DNA of 64,000 nt from Callorhinchus milii. Taxonomy: Eukaryota. Location: the NCBI RefSeq assembly GCF_018977255.1, contig NW_024704742.1, positions 70,372,001-70,436,000 of the forward strand, read 5' to 3'. Positions 23,961-37,930 of the stretch are shown one piece after another (position 1 is the stretch's first letter; each line of letters begins with the position of its first letter). Below the pieces are notes generated by a model, which worked only from the letters and a program-made list of their open reading frames with translations, ran no database searches and had not been told where the DNA came from. Both the position numbers and the translations under genes were made by a program.

Positions 23961-25826
23961 TGGAGATTGGTGTGGAGAATAAACACTGGCAAGGATTAAT
24001 TGGGCCGAGTGGCCTGTTTTTGTGCCGTACAATCTTATCTATTTTCAAACTGACTTCATCTGAGTTAATTAACGCATCGAACATCAGCACAGTTGAACAA
24101 AAGAACATAAGTTTAGCGTTGCAGTTTCAGGACAGACACCAGGACGTTTATCTTTACCCAGAGGGTAATTAACAAGTGTAGTGGGTTTACCAGGCAGAGT
24201 GGTTGAGGTCAGGATGCTGGGCTCATTTATGAAAAGGTTGAATGCTGTGACAGGGAGAGGGATGGTCTGGAGGGATGAGATCGAATGGGGCAAACGGGGG
24301 TTCTTCACCCAGACCCATTTTGATGTCTGTGAGACTGCATGACATAACCCACCCCTGCAAAAAATTAATCATCAATTCCAATGACTCCCCCATTCCTCAT
24401 TGGTGTGATTTAGTGCCTCTGTTGGGGAATAGGAAGGATGGCTGTTATTATGCTGTGAACTCAGGCTTGCAGAGAACTCCGCTGACTCTGTGATCTATTT
24501 AAAAGTCCCTGCGAGACATTCCTCCCTCACGGCCCACAATCAAAGCACAGCCCGAGCAATTTGCAAGCCTTGCAATTCAGTCAACAGTGGACCCCATTAT
24601 AAATGATTTATTTTACAATAAAATGATAATGCTTACATTCAATACAGTGCCTTTCATGCCAGGAGGACTTCACTGGATTTCCTATAGAGTGCAGTGACTG
24701 TGTATTTTGTAGGCAAATGCAGTAGCAAAATTACACACAGCAATGTCTCGCAAACAGCCATGATCTATTTTAATTTGGGGATTATTAACCAGGACACTAT
24801 GGGCATGAACCCACAATTTTGTGACTCAGAGATGAGAGTGCAAGTGACTGAGCCAGGCTGGCACACATATAGAGTGAATAAGAAAACAGATTTTCACAAA
24901 TGTGGAATTCAATCTTCTGGAAAGCTTGTAGATGCTGGGCCAAATGAAGAATATAATACAGATTTACATTTACGCAGCGTCTTTAACGTCGGGAGGACAT
25001 TCCAAGGTACTGGACTTTCCAGGATTTGCACTGAGCTGAGTGTGGGAGTCAAGGAGGTGGGGGCAAGGAGGTCGAAGTAGGGGAAGATGAGCAAATTCAC
25101 ATTAATGAAGTGATGAGGAAGGTGTTGAAGTGGACCTTGAACAAGATGAGTGAATGGGCAAGGTGAAGGGATGCCTGTCGATTATAGGATATTGCTTTAA
25201 GAAGTTAAATGGCAATTAAGAAAGAGCCAATGAACCAGAAGCAGGAAGTATAAAAGCATCCTGAGAAGGGAGCCAGGGTGTGGGTTTATAGTTGGAAATA
25301 GGGAATAAAGGATTACAATACAGCAGCGTTGTGGATTAAGAATCATTACATTGATCCTCTGGAGGATGGGAGCTAGTGGAGCCAGGCAAGGCTGGGGGTG
25401 ATAAGGATCATAAAATGATACAAGTAAGAGGGAGGAGTAGATGAATATTTGGTGGTCCTGGGGGAAGGGGGGTGGTATCAAGGGATATGGGGAAATGGAA
25501 TTAAGTGGATGATCAACAACAACAATATACACAGCACCTTGCATATGTGTCAAGGTAGGTCAGCGGACTAGGAGCCTGAGCTGGTGGGGGAGTGTGTGAA
25601 CATAGAAGATCACCGAAAGCACGGTTGAAATGTTAGATCTTAAGGGGGGTTTTGAAGGTGGGAAGGAGGAGTTGGGAGGCGAGGCAGAGGAAGTTCCTGA
25701 GGGCAGAATGACTGAAAGTTTGCCGGCCGATGGGGGTTGATTGGGTGGGATGTGTGGGGAGGGGACTTTCCACTCCCACTCATACCTCCTTGTGTTTTTA
25801 CCCACCCCCTCCCTCTCCCATTTTAG

Positions 25827-25933
25827 CCATTTGCTGCGTGATTTCATCATGAACGTGGCCCCAGAACGTCTGGTCAAACACAAATTACAGTCAATGATGG
25901 GAATCGTCAACACGAAACTCTTTGAGAGAGAAG
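25827..25933 (+). CDS. DOCK2: DOCK2-like exon 12 in window: HLLRDFIMNVAPERLVKHKLQSMMGIVNTKLFERE(E)
   Basis: ttttag|C ... GAA G|gtaggc; 107 nt; phase 2/1 links the flanking exons in frame. Confidence 0.9.
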
Positions 25934-26169
25934 GTAGGCTGAGCGTGGAGTGAAAGTGGGACATCTTCTCCCTCCCCAATTGTTCAAAGAACACATCTAT
26001 AAACAATACAAATAAACATCCGTAATAATAATATTCTTTGCATTTGATGTAGCACCTTATCACTTCGTTGAGATGTTTCAAAGCGCTTCACAGGATCTTT
26101 CGCAAAGTGCAGTGACTGTGTTTTTGGGGCAAACGAGGAAGCCAATTTGCGCACAGCCAATGTTCACAA

Positions 26170-26885
26170 ACAACAACAACCTGGATTTATATAGCGCCTT
26201 CCACGCCGGATGGCGTCTCGGAGCTTCACAGTAATGGATCCCGGGACCGAGCCAGGGGGAGGGGGAGGGGGAGGAAGGTGACCAAAGGCGCGGTCGAAAA
26301 GAAAGGTCTTCAGCAGAGACCTGAAAATAGGAAGGGAGGGAGCGTGATGAAAGGAGCGAGGAAGGGAGTTCCAGAGCCTCGGGGTATTGTGGCTGAAGGC
26401 ATGGCCGCCGAGGGTGGAGCGGAGGATTCGGGGGACGAGGAGGAGGCCAGACCCGGAGGAATGAAGGCAACGGTTACTGTTTTGAGGAGAGAGGAGGTCG
26501 GAGAGGTAGAGGGATGCAGAGGAGTGCAGGGACTTGAATACAAGGGTGAGGATCTTGAAATCGATCCTCTCTGGGATAGGCAGCCAGTGCAGTCTGGCAA
26601 GGACTGGGGTGATCGGGGAGCGGAGTTTCGTGCAGGTGAGAATGCGGGCGGCAGAGTTTTGAATGATTTGGATTTTATGGATGGTAGTGGACGGGAGGCC
26701 GGCGAGGAGGGGGTTAGAATAGTCCAGCCGAGAGGTGACAAAGGCATGGATTAGGGTTTCAGCGGCTTTTGGAGTGAGGTTTTGGCAGAGACGGGCGATG
26801 TGTCGGAGGTGGAAGAAGGTGGTGCTGGTGAGGGCTGGATGTGGAGGAGGAAGGATAATTGGGGGTCAAACTTAACGCCGAGGTT
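26170..26885 (-). mobile_element. L2-clade LINE 3' end (subfamily 2)
   Basis: L2-type ORF2 C-terminal similarity; 3' UTR differs from subfamily 1; near-identical to 36500-37065. Confidence 0.85.
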
Positions 26886-28657
26886 GCCATGAAGTGAATG
26901 ACTGATTTATTCTGGGCGGATTGTCAGCCAGGACACCAGGAGAGAGAAACTTTTTTTCTCTTTTTCCAAAAGCCCTGCGCGATCTTTAACATCCGTCTGA
27001 ACAGGGCATAGAAGGGGAGCTCGGTTTAACTTTTCATCTGAAGGACGGTACTTCTGACAGTGTCGTGGCTCCCCCCAGCCTTGTATTGGAGTGTCATCTT
27101 AGACTGTGAAGTAAAAAGTCCTGACGCGGGGGATTTCCTGACACTTGTTCAATGCCAGAGAAAACAGGAACAGCGTTAAGGATATCGGCAGCAGACTCTG
27201 CCTGCCAATCTCGATCTTTGGAGGTTGAAACCAATTTTACAAGACATTAATGGAAATCCAGTGACGCACGAGAGACAGGATTGTTCTACACGCCGCTGTG
27301 TACAGCATCAGCCCTAGAGCAACCTGTCTCTACAAGCTCAGGCTGTGTTCTAATAATAATAGTAATCAGTCATTTACTTCATGGCTGTTTGTGGGATATT
27401 GCTACGTGTATATGGCTTGCCCAGAAAATATACAGTCACTGCACTTCACAGTATATCCTGTAACGCTCTTTGAGACGTCCTCCTGAAATGATTGGTGCTA
27501 ATAACAAATCTGATGGTTACTCATTTATTTTATTTATGAGCAATTTTTTAATTATATAAGATTCCATGGATATCAAGTACAATATAATTATTGGTTGTAA
27601 GAGAATGTGAACAACACACATATTGAGGTCCTTAACATCAATAGCTGTCCTAATCCTCTTGAAAGTCAGAAGTGTATGCATATACATTAATTATGTAAAG
27701 TATATTTGACTACAAATATTATCACTACACTTGCCAGCAATTATCTGTGAACCATTTTGAGATGATGTGATATTATTGATGTTGTGTAATCAAATGCAAG
27801 GATTATTGCAAGGATTATCATAAAAATAATAATCTGGTTACTCAATCCACGACTGTTTGTGGGACATTGCTGTGTGAAATTGGCTGCTGTGTTTTGCCCA
27901 CAAAATATACAGTCACTACACTTTACTGTATATTGTGTAAAGCACTTTGCGACGTCTCAAAGAAGTGGTAAGGCTCTATATCAAAAGCAAGGATTTGATA
28001 TTGCACGTTTGGTACAGCGCCCATAACACCAAAACCTCTCAAGGCACTTCAACAACTTGCCCTTCCATCCCCTTTCAAAGCAGAGAAACACCATTGGAAA
28101 GGACGAGGGAGTTTCTCTCTCCCTGTGTCGTGCCCAACAATCCTGCAGATAAAATCGGTCATTCAATTCACAACTGTTTGTGGGACATAGCTGTGTGCAA
28201 ATTGGCTGTCGCATTCACTACACAAAACACAATCACGCTGCTTTATCATAAATCCTGTGCAGCGTTTTGAGATGTGACGAGATGACATGATTGGTTTGAA
28301 TGAAGAAGGCCCTTCAGTCCATCTGATCTCATCCCTCCAGAACACCCACCTACTGCACTCTGCCATTCCCCCACTTCCCCAATTCCCACCCTTCCCCTTC
28401 CACCCCGATTACAGAATCAAGGTTTTTTTTAAATAAGTCCCAGTGACTAGTTTAAGAGGAAGAGTGGTCATTGTCCCCCGAGTTGGGACATGAACGGCAC
28501 TATACCAGTGCAATTTGTTGTTGTTGTTATCCCCTCTGAGATGCCTCCTGGCCTGTCTAAACTTTGAGGTTACAGGCGCTGCGTGGAATGAGAAGGGGAT
28601 AGCGATGTTCAGCAAGGGTGTGGACTGACCCCCCCCTCCCACTTTCCCCCACTGCAG

Positions 28658-28785
28658 AGTGCCGTGCCATCCTGCTGCCCATGATGACGACAATGCTGAA
28701 GGAGTTGATCGAGCGTAGCGAGGAGGAGCAGGACAGCATCGAGCTGCTCAGTAACCTGTTGGAGGTTCTTTACCGGCCCAACGTG
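28658..28785 (+). CDS. DOCK2: DOCK2-like exon 13 in window: (E)CRAILLPMMTTMLKELIERSEEEQDSIELLSNLLEVLYRPNV
   Basis: ctgcag|AG ... GTG|gtaagc; 128 nt; ECR-ILLP and LL--LEVL motifs. Confidence 0.92.
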
Positions 28786-30418
28786 GTAAGCTCAGTGCTC
28801 AACAATAACATCAACTCGCACTTACACAGTACCCATCACACAGGTAGCAACTTGCAGCGCTTAACAGTGGTGGAGCTTGACACTGAGCATGGGGATGGGG
28901 TGGGAGAGGGGAGGTGACCGTAGACATGGTCGAAGAGGAAATTCTTCGGGTACGCTCTAAAGACAGGCAAAGAGGAGGTTTAGAGGCAGGGAGTGAAAGT
29001 GTCTTGGGGCGCAGTGGGTAAAGCATGGTTGCCTACGGGTGGAGTGGAGGGAGTGAGAGACGTGCAGAAAGCCCGAGCCAAACGAACAAAGCGGACGGAT
29101 CAAGGAGTAGGGTGTAAGTAGGTGCGAGCTACCCGGTATGAAGGGCGCAACGTGAATGCAAGTTTGTTGTTGTAAAGAGCTTCCCGAAGTAAAAGATGTT
29201 GGTTGAATTTAAATATGTGACAGCCTGGTACTCTTGCCTTCGAGTCAGAAATTTGTGGGTTCAAGCCCCACGTCAGAATTGAGAATCACATAGTCAAAGT
29301 TGACACGCCAATGCGGTGTTGGGGAGTGTGCGCCCGGCGTGGAGGGCACTATATAAATACAAGTTGTTGATGTTGTTGTTATTGTCGGAGGTGCCGTCTT
29401 TCAGGTGAGACATTAAACCGAGATCCTGTCTACCTGTTCAGGAGGATGTTAAAGATCCCGTGACGCTATTAGAATAAAGAAGGGAGTTTCTCTTTCCCGA
29501 TGTCCTGGCCAAGAATTCCCCAAATAAAATTGGTCACTCACTCTATGGGTGTTTTGGGGATATTGCTATGCGCAACTGGCTGCTGCAATTTGCTCACAAA
29601 ATACATAGTTAATCCACTCTCCACTCTGTGAAGCATATTGAGACGTTTCAACGACGTGATATCCTTTATAAGGATTATTATTATTAATCCAATTCCCTGC
29701 TCTTCCCCCATTATGTTTGTGCTGGTGATTGTTCCCCCCCCCGTCTCCCCATCTCCCTGCACCCCCATAAGTCCTCCTTCAGTGGCACAATTCCTCTAAG
29801 TCCTATCTATTGCGTGCTCTTTCCCCATGCCCTCTGTGTATCTCTATCTGTTCGCAGTATTCTATCAGTTATTTGTATCTATGCCATTAAGTTTCTGTAT
29901 GAGTTTTCACCCGTCGTTTGTATCTCTGACAGTATTAGTAATTACAAATCAATCTCTGTAATTTGTGAGTAGACACACGCATTTCATTAACGTTTCTGTG
30001 CAGCCGAGGCTTGAATCCAATGATTTATTCCCTGTAGCAAATAACCCGGTGTTACAAGTGCTGCTTAATGGAACCATGCAGGGGAAACACTGTGATTTGA
30101 GTTGCAATACTATTTGATCATAGCGCCTTATCACGTCAAACAGGTCTCTATCGGATTTTAGTGACAGTTGTATTTCTTGGTGAATGTGGGCAGCTAATTT
30201 GTGTCAAAGTCCCACAAACAGCCATGGAGTGTGAGTGATCAGTTTTATCTGGGGGATTGTCAGCCAAGACACCAGGAGAGAGAAACTCCCTTCTCTTTCT
30301 CGAATAGCGCTGTGGGATCTTTTAATCACCCACTATCGGTGGCCATGCCTTCAGCCACTAGGCCCCTAACCTCTGGAGCTCCCTGCTTCTATCCCTCGCC
30401 CCACTCGTGCCTTCGTTG

Positions 30419-30778
30419 TGGAGTCCGTTAGCTTATGGTTAGAGCATTCACCGAGAGGATCTGGGTTCGATTCCCGGGCAGGGTGAAACTTTGGGCAAAT
30501 TTCCTTATTCCACATGCCTGTTTACCTACCAGTAAGTAGGAACCCGGTTGTTAGTCGATTGGCGGATCACTTTTCCGGGGTTAATAATCCCTTAAAAAAA
30601 ACTGTAAAGGAAAAAAATAATTTAGTCAATTGATCCACGATTGTTTGTGGGACACTGCTGGGTGCAATTTAGTTTTGCCAACAAAATATGCAGTCAATTC
30701 ACTTTCCAGTATATTCTGCCTTTTGAGACATTTCGAAGACATGATAAGGCACGATATCAAATGCAAGGATTATTATTT
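30419..30778 (+). mobile_element. SINE family A copy
   Basis: Head with B box GGTTCGATTCC at 30464-30474; shared tail. Confidence 0.8.
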
Positions 30779-33700
30779 TAAATTATTTTTAAATTATTTA
30801 TTTTATTGTTTTTTTTAAATCCCCAAACAACCTCTCTCTGGTCAGCTCCCTCACCCCCTTCTCCCTTGCTCGGCTTCCAAACTCGCAACTAACCATTAAG
30901 CGTTGTAAGATGTCATCCTGCATAAAGGCAGTGTATAAATGCAAGTTGTTGTTGGTAACATCCACTTAAACAGGGCATGGATTGGAACCTCAGTTTAACA
31001 TCTCATCCTATGTCAGCAGCTCTAACGATGCAGCGCTCCTCCTCCCTCCAACATAGACAGCGAGCTCAAACTCCCCAAAGTGTGGCTTGAACCCACAACC
31101 ATCTAAGTCGGAAGTGAGAGTGGGACTAACTGAGCCAGGCTGAATTGTCACAAGGGTAGAAAATGAGACAGAAGATTGTGGGTTCAAGGGTGGGGAGCTC
31201 ACAATATAGGCTGATGCTCCAAAACAGTGATGGGGGGAACACTGCATTGTGAGAGGTACCATCCTTCAGATGAGATGTTAAACTAAGCTCCTGACTGTGC
31301 CTGTTCAGGTGGATGTTAAAAATCCTGTGCCATGATTGGAAAAGACAAGGAAGTTTCTCTCCCGGTGTCCTGGTGAGAAAGCCCCCAGATAAAATTCACC
31401 TCAGGGCTGTTTGTGGGACTTTGCTGTGCTCAAATTGGCTGCAACGTTCGCCTACAAATTAAACAGATACTATATTTTACTGTAAAATCCTGTAGAATGC
31501 TTTGAGACTGGAATGAAAGGCTATAAATCAAAAGGAATGATTGCTATTACTATTATTCAGTCAACTTACTAAGAAAGCTGTTTCAATTCATGGCTTGTAA
31601 TGTGGGGAATAGATGTTTGGGTGAAAAAAAATTGTGTTGTAAATAGTGAGTGATTCGTAGTCAGGGGGGCAATTAATGCACTGTTTGCATTCCACACTCA
31701 TAGGAAGGTAATAACCTGCCTTTCAATAAATTATTACATTTAATTTTTAACGTGGGTCGGCTTGTAAATTACAAGTGTGACTCGTGCTTAAAATTAAGAT
31801 AACAGAGGACTCCTTTATCTCAACCTTTCAGAGGATGTTACCTAGGACTCGAGAATCTAATATAGAAAAAAAATCAGAAGGCTGTGGTTTCAAGACCCCA
31901 TGTTAGGAACTTTGAGTTCACACGGTCTAGGCTGATGCTCCAGTGTAGTGCTGGGGGCAGTGTTGCATTGTCGGAGGTGCCGTCCTCAGGATGAGATGTT
32001 GAACCAAGCTCCCGTCTGTGCCCTATTCAGGTGGATGTTAATAATTGAGCGACTCCACTTGAAAAGAGAAGGGAGTTTCTCTCTCCCAGTGTCCTGGCCG
32101 ATAATCCCACTGATTAAAAAAAAACAGTAGTCACTCATTTCCATGACTGTTTGTGGGACACAAATTTGTGTCTGTGCAGAAATTGGCTGCTGTGTTGGCC
32201 TACAAAATACAGTTACTACACCTTGCAGAAAACTTTGTGAGGCACGTTTGAAGCCTACAAGATACACAGTCACTACACATTGCAGTAAATCCTGGTATGC
32301 TTTGAGACGTCCCCTCGATAGGAAAGGCAGGTGCTCTCCGTATAGTCCCACTCCCTTTTCCACCATGATGGGTAGGATGGTTCTAGCTGGACAAGCAGCG
32401 GGAAGCTTGTCATATAGTGCATTCAATGGTAAACTCCAAGCTGGTTAAACTCCAGCAGTTTCCCCCTCTAGGGAGAGGGAGCGCGCATTCCATTCCAGAC
32501 TTGCTGATTCCCATGTGTGGGTGGGATCCATGGCGCTCTCAGTTTTAAGCATGGTAATCAGACAGACACCTTTCTAATGTCGCCCCCCCCTCCCCCCCCA
32601 AAAAAATTGCGTCCTTTCCTTCCCCAATAGACCCATAGAAATTTACCACACAGAAGGCCAGTCGGCCCATTGTGTCTGTGCCAGCTTCTGTAAGAGCAAT
32701 CTGTTCATTCTCATTTACCTACCCTTACCCCATAACCCTGCAGCTGACTCATTGTAAGATATTTATTTAACTCCCTTTCGAAAGCCAATATGGATTGTGC
32801 CTCAACACACATCCTTACAGACTGTTCCTTTGTGGAATACTTGCCTGTTTTCTTTGTGAGCGTGAAAGCAAAAGGAAGAGATGAGAGTGTTTTGCTCATT
32901 GCTCTGAATGATATGATCTACAGCTCCTGTCGGCCACAGCTCTGCTTTTCTTCCCTGTGCTTTCTCAGAGGCTTTTTGATGTCTCCTAGCCTACATTTAA
33001 CCTCAGGTCCTGTTTATCAGACAATGAGACGCTATTGATTCCTGGGCTCAGGGTGTCTTTGGACACCTTTCATCCCCCGGCTTCTGAGAAAACTATTAAA
33101 GTCTTTTGAGATTAAAAAAAATCTGTCATTCTTTTCAATCCCATTCGGGATTTCTCACCCTGATGAGGGAGCCAAGGAGAGGGGGAGCCAGGGGGAGAGG
33201 GGGAGCCAGGGGAAGAGTGGGAGTCAGTAAGGAAGTGCAGGAGTGGATCAGTGAGGGATTGAGGCGGCGAGAGAGCAAGGCACCGCGGAAGCTGTCCTGA
33301 TCGGTGATGTCAAAATTGAACCCCACCCCCCCCACCCCTTTTTCTCCCCTTCCTCTTCTCTTCTCTCCTCCGTTCTTCCTCACATTCCTCCCCCAGCTCC
33401 CTCCTCCTCCACTGCCTGTTTTCTGCTCGCATGTGACAGAGCCCCTGGATCACTCTTGGAAGCTGTGGTTGAATCAGAAGGTATCAACGTATTTAAGAAA
33501 AAATTTGATACATCCCTAAGGGAGAAAGGTATAGAAAAAAAACTGTGCTTTTGATATGGCACGTCGTTGAGAAGTCTTAAAGAGCTTCACAGGAATTATT
33601 GTAAAGTGTAGTGACTGTGTTTTGTAGGGGAACGTGAAAACCAATTTGGACACAGTAACACTCCACAAACAGCCGTGAAGCGAGTGACTGATTTTATCTG

Positions 33701-34251
33701 TGGGATTGTTGACCAGGATACTAGGAGAGAGACATTCACTTGTCTTTTTGAATAGCGCTGCGGGATCTTTAACATCCAACTGGACAGGCACAGAGAAGGA
33801 GTTCGGTAAACATTTAATCCAATGGACAATAAAGGAGAGAGAGGGAGAAATAAGTTTATTCTTATTCTGATATTGTGATTATTTGGAATCAGCTTGGGTC
33901 TAAATCCCTGACTGTCCAGCGCCTTGGGACGTACTCCCAACGTGAAAGGCGTTGTACAAATGTTATTTTGTATTGTATTATTATTATCATCAATAATAAA
34001 CCTCTTGGAGTCTCATAACATTTGCCCCCTCCCTCACCTCTTTCAAAGTCTGTATTAAGACCTACCTCTTCGACTGCTCATTTCCATCATCTTTCCCCTC
34101 CATATACCCACCTCAGCTCCTAGCCCCAGCTCGGGTGCCGAGCCAGGATTGTTAAGTGCCTTGGGAAGAGCTCCTAAGGTGAAAGGCGCCATGTGTGAAT
34201 GTGAATTCGTACTGCACTGTTGCATTGTTAACTCTGCCTGTGTCCCGTCAG

Positions 34252-34347
34252 GGCAACACATACGAGAACATCCAGGATATAATGGACAAGCTGCTTCGCA
34301 CAGTCAACCGGATGGTTATCATCCTCGGGAGAGACCACCAGCTAATC
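34252..34347 (+). CDS. DOCK2: DOCK2-like exon 14 in window: GNTYENIQDIMDKLLRTVNRMVIILGRDHQLI
   Basis: cgtcag|GGC ... ATC|gtgagt; 96 nt; LLRTVNR-VI--GRDH-LI motif. Confidence 0.93.
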
Positions 34348-35520
34348 GTGAGTACCCCTCACCTCATCTGCTTTGTCCCCACAAACAAACATTCTCTCTG
34401 TAGGCCGCACCTCGCTCTAAGAGCAGATCTTCCCAACTCCCTCCATCGCTCTCTGCTCCATCGATACCATTATAGGTGTGGCTGGTGTGCATGCACGGGA
34501 AGGGGTGCCTGAGGGAAAGGGGAGAAGGTTTATTATTGCAATGTAAGAACTGTTGAGGTGAAATTGACTTTTTTGTTTCTGATAGAATTTAGTACTTCAT
34601 TGCCACCTGACTCCATTTCAGCGTGCAGCAGGTTACCCATGCATTCAGGGGGCTATTGGTACAGTCTGGGGCAAGTCCCCTTCATGTGGTCACCGCTATG
34701 TTCGTGGGGATATTGGGGCTCTCTGGGAAGTACCTTTTGTGAAGTTTGGAGCGTGTTTGGAGCTTTTGCACATTGGGAGGAGGGAAGGGTCTGACTGGAA
34801 GCTCCTCATGCTTGTTTGATCTTAGGTAAAGTACATGCTTTATAACTGGTATTTGGTGTGTGGATTAATTCCTGATTCCAATGTGGTCACGAACCAGAGC
34901 CTTTCTCTTTCCAACAACAACAACTTGCATTGACACAGGGACCTTCATGCAGGGTAGCGTCTTGGAGCATTTAACAAGAGCGAAGCTTGATGTCGACCCG
35001 GGGAGGGGAGGACATGACGTAAACACTGTCGATGGCGAAGGTCTTCAGGTGTGATCTGAAGATGGGAAAGGCAGAGGGATTGTGGCAAGGAGTTTTGGGG
35101 TGTAGGGGCTGAAAGCACGGCCGCTGATGGTGGAGCGGAGTGGACAAGAGATGTGCAGGAGGCCGGAGCCAGCTGAGCAAAGGTGGCAGGTAGAGGCGTG
35201 GCGTATGAGCAGGTTGGAGAGGTAGGGAGGTGCCACAGTGTGAAGTGATTTGTAGGTGACCCTGTGAGGATCCTGAATTTGATTCGTTCTGCAATAAAGA
35301 GCCAGTGGAGGCTCAAACTCACGCTTGTCAGATGTCAAATGACCAACTAGTGACTGTACTCCTTGTGGGGTTTGTAGGGGGGAGGTAAGCGGGGGTCACC
35401 TTGGAGCTGAACTGGCTTGAAGGTGACATGTTTGGCAACGAAATGTCAGAATCGAGCCAGCTCTCTGTGATGGTCTCTTGTCTGGTTCCTGAGCCAGCTG
35501 TACTAAAGGGCACTGCTGAT

Positions 35521-35887
35521 AACAACAATAATAATAATTGCCTTATTACGTCTTCGAGATGTCTCAAAGCGTTTCACAGAATATACTGTAAAGTTAATTG
35601 ACTGTATATTTTGTAGGCGAAACGCGGCAGCCAATTGTGCAGAGCAGCGTCCCACAAACAGTCATGGATTCAGTTGACCAATTTATTATTGTTATTTTTT
35701 TGAAGGAAATTATTACCCCCGGAAAAGCGATCCGCCATTTGACTAACAACCGGGTTCCTACTTACTGCTTGGTAAACAGAGGTGTGTGCAGCAAGGAAAC
35801 GTGCCCAACATTTTGCTGTGCCGAGAATCGTACCCAGGTCTCTCGCTTGCGAGGCGAGTGCTCTAACCACTGAGCTACAAGACTCCA
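35521..35887 (-). mobile_element. SINE family A copy inserted into a family C repeat
   Basis: Family C sequence ends at ...cactgctgat (35520) and resumes at gatgacagcacag (~35900). Confidence 0.8.
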
Positions 35888-36499
35888 TAGTGATGACGGA
35901 TGACAGCACAGTCAGCCTGGCTCATCGGCAGGACTTGGAAGGGCAGACGAGTCACTGGAGGCAGGGACTCTTCAGGCTCAGCTCCCACTAACCCTGCAAA
36001 CCAAAGCCCTAATGGGTAGGGTGGTTCTAGCTGGACAAGCAGTTGGAATCCTGTCAGACAGTGCTCTCGAAGGCAAGCTTTGCAGTTTCAACTGGTTAAA
36101 CTCCAGGATTTACTCCAACGCACACTCTGTGGTCCCCAAGCCTTAGCTCTTGCCAACCTGCACCTAATACTATAATAGTAATAATATTCACGTGTTCGAG
36201 ATGTGCTAAAACGCTTCACAGAATATATTGTAAATTGGATTGACTGTATATTTTGTCGGCGAAATGCAGGGCCAATTGTGCAATGCAGTGTCCCACAAAC
36301 AGTTGTGGATTGAGTTACTTTTTTTGGTAAGGTTTATTACTCCCAGGAAAGTGATCCGTCAATCGACTGAAAGGTAGGTTCCTTGTTATTTTACGGTTAG
36401 ATAAACAGAGGCCCTGAGATGGGGATTTTACAATGTTACAGTGTACATCAGCTGTATGGATTACTAATACTCTCCAGAATTAGGTAAGCAGGCTGTATC

Positions 36500-37065
36500 C
36501 AACAACAACAACAACATGGATTTATAACTTGGATTTATATAGCGCCCTCCACGTCGGACGGTGTCTCAAAGCGCTTCACAGTAACGGATCCCGGGGCTGA
36601 GCCAGGGGGAGGGGGAGGAAGGTGACCAAAGGCGTGGTCAAAAAGAAAGATCTTCAGCTGAGACCTGAAAATAGGAAGAGGGGGAGCGAGACGAAGGGAG
36701 TTCCAGAGCCTCGGGGCATAGTGGCTGAAGGCATGGCCGCCGAGGGTGGAGCGGAGGACTCGGGGGACGAGGAGAAGGCCAGACCCGGAGGAATGAAGGC
36801 AACAGGTACTGTTTTGAGCAGAGAGGAGGTCAGAGAGGTCGGGGGTGCAGAGGAGTGAAGGGACTTGAATACAAGGGTGAGAATTTTGAAGTCGATCCTC
36901 TCTGGGATAGGGAGCCAGTGCAGTCTGGCAAGGACTGGGGTGATCGGGGAGCGGAGTTTGGTGCGGGTGAGAATGTGGGAGGCAGAGTTTTGAATAATCT
37001 GGATTTTATGGATGGTAGGGGATGGGAGGCCGGCGAGGAGGGCGTTAGAGTAGTCCAGGCAGTGA
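36500..37065 (-). mobile_element. L2-clade LINE 3' end (subfamily 2)
   Basis: ORF 36654..37157 contains LDYSNALLAGLP...IQNSASHILT...LARLHWLPIPERIDFKIL. Confidence 0.85.
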
Positions 37066-37664
37066 GTGCACATTGCATTCCAAGAAATATCTTGGGAATT
37101 TCCGTGTGCAGGTGGGATGTATGTAATTCTCAGTTTGTTGTGGATACTCTTAAGCATGGTGATGGGTTTCCTCCTAGCAAGGATTGTGGAAATGGAGATA
37201 CGGCGGGAGGGGTGGGGGGAGGAAGGGGTTTATATTTTCCAAGGTTTTGCAGGGGGAGTAGAATGGGCGGGGGACAAAGACTGAATGCATGAGAGGTGAG
37301 AATCCTCTCTCTGTGTGACTTTGACCTTGATGTAGTGCTGACGATTACACTGAGTTATACAATAAGCAGAGCTTGTCCCATTGTGATACACTCAGAGCGC
37401 GGTGGAGGCTCCCTGCTGAGAACGCAAGTGAACGGCTTGCACAGGGGAGGATGAGAATTGGAGGCGAGAACTGAGCGGGGGAATTCATGTGGTGCCTGGG
37501 CTCTGTCGCAGGAGCCTTACGTGACTCAGTCATTCCTCCTGATTGAACCCTCTCAGTCCAGCCCACCCGCAGACGGTAACCCTTTCACCCTTGGACTTAT
37601 TTCTTTTGTTGTAAAACAAAAGGTTCATTTAAAACTGGTGAAGTTCAGTGTAGTTTTTTTGGTG

Positions 37665-37930
37665 TCTGTGTTTGCATCTGTGTGCAGTTATGTGCGTGTG
37701 CATGTGTGTCTGCGTGCATGTTTGTGCGAGTGTATGTCTATCTGTATGTCTCTGTGTATATCTGTGTAGCTGCGCATGTGTGCCTGCATGCGTGCACGCA
37801 CATATATGTGTCTGTGTGGGTTTGTGCGTCCGTATATATGTGCGTGTGAGTGGTTGTTTGTGTGTGAGTGTGTGTGCGTGTGTGTGTATGTGTGTGTGTT
37901 TGTGTGAGCGTGTGTGTGTGTGTGTGTGTT
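37665..37930. repeat. Degenerate (TG)n microsatellite
   Basis: Direct inspection; a similar TG/TA-rich tract lies at ~61225-61620. Confidence 0.85.

Noticed and set aside
1087..34347. Minor (U12) introns
   Set aside because: All 14 donors are ordinary GT types without the GTATCCTT signature.
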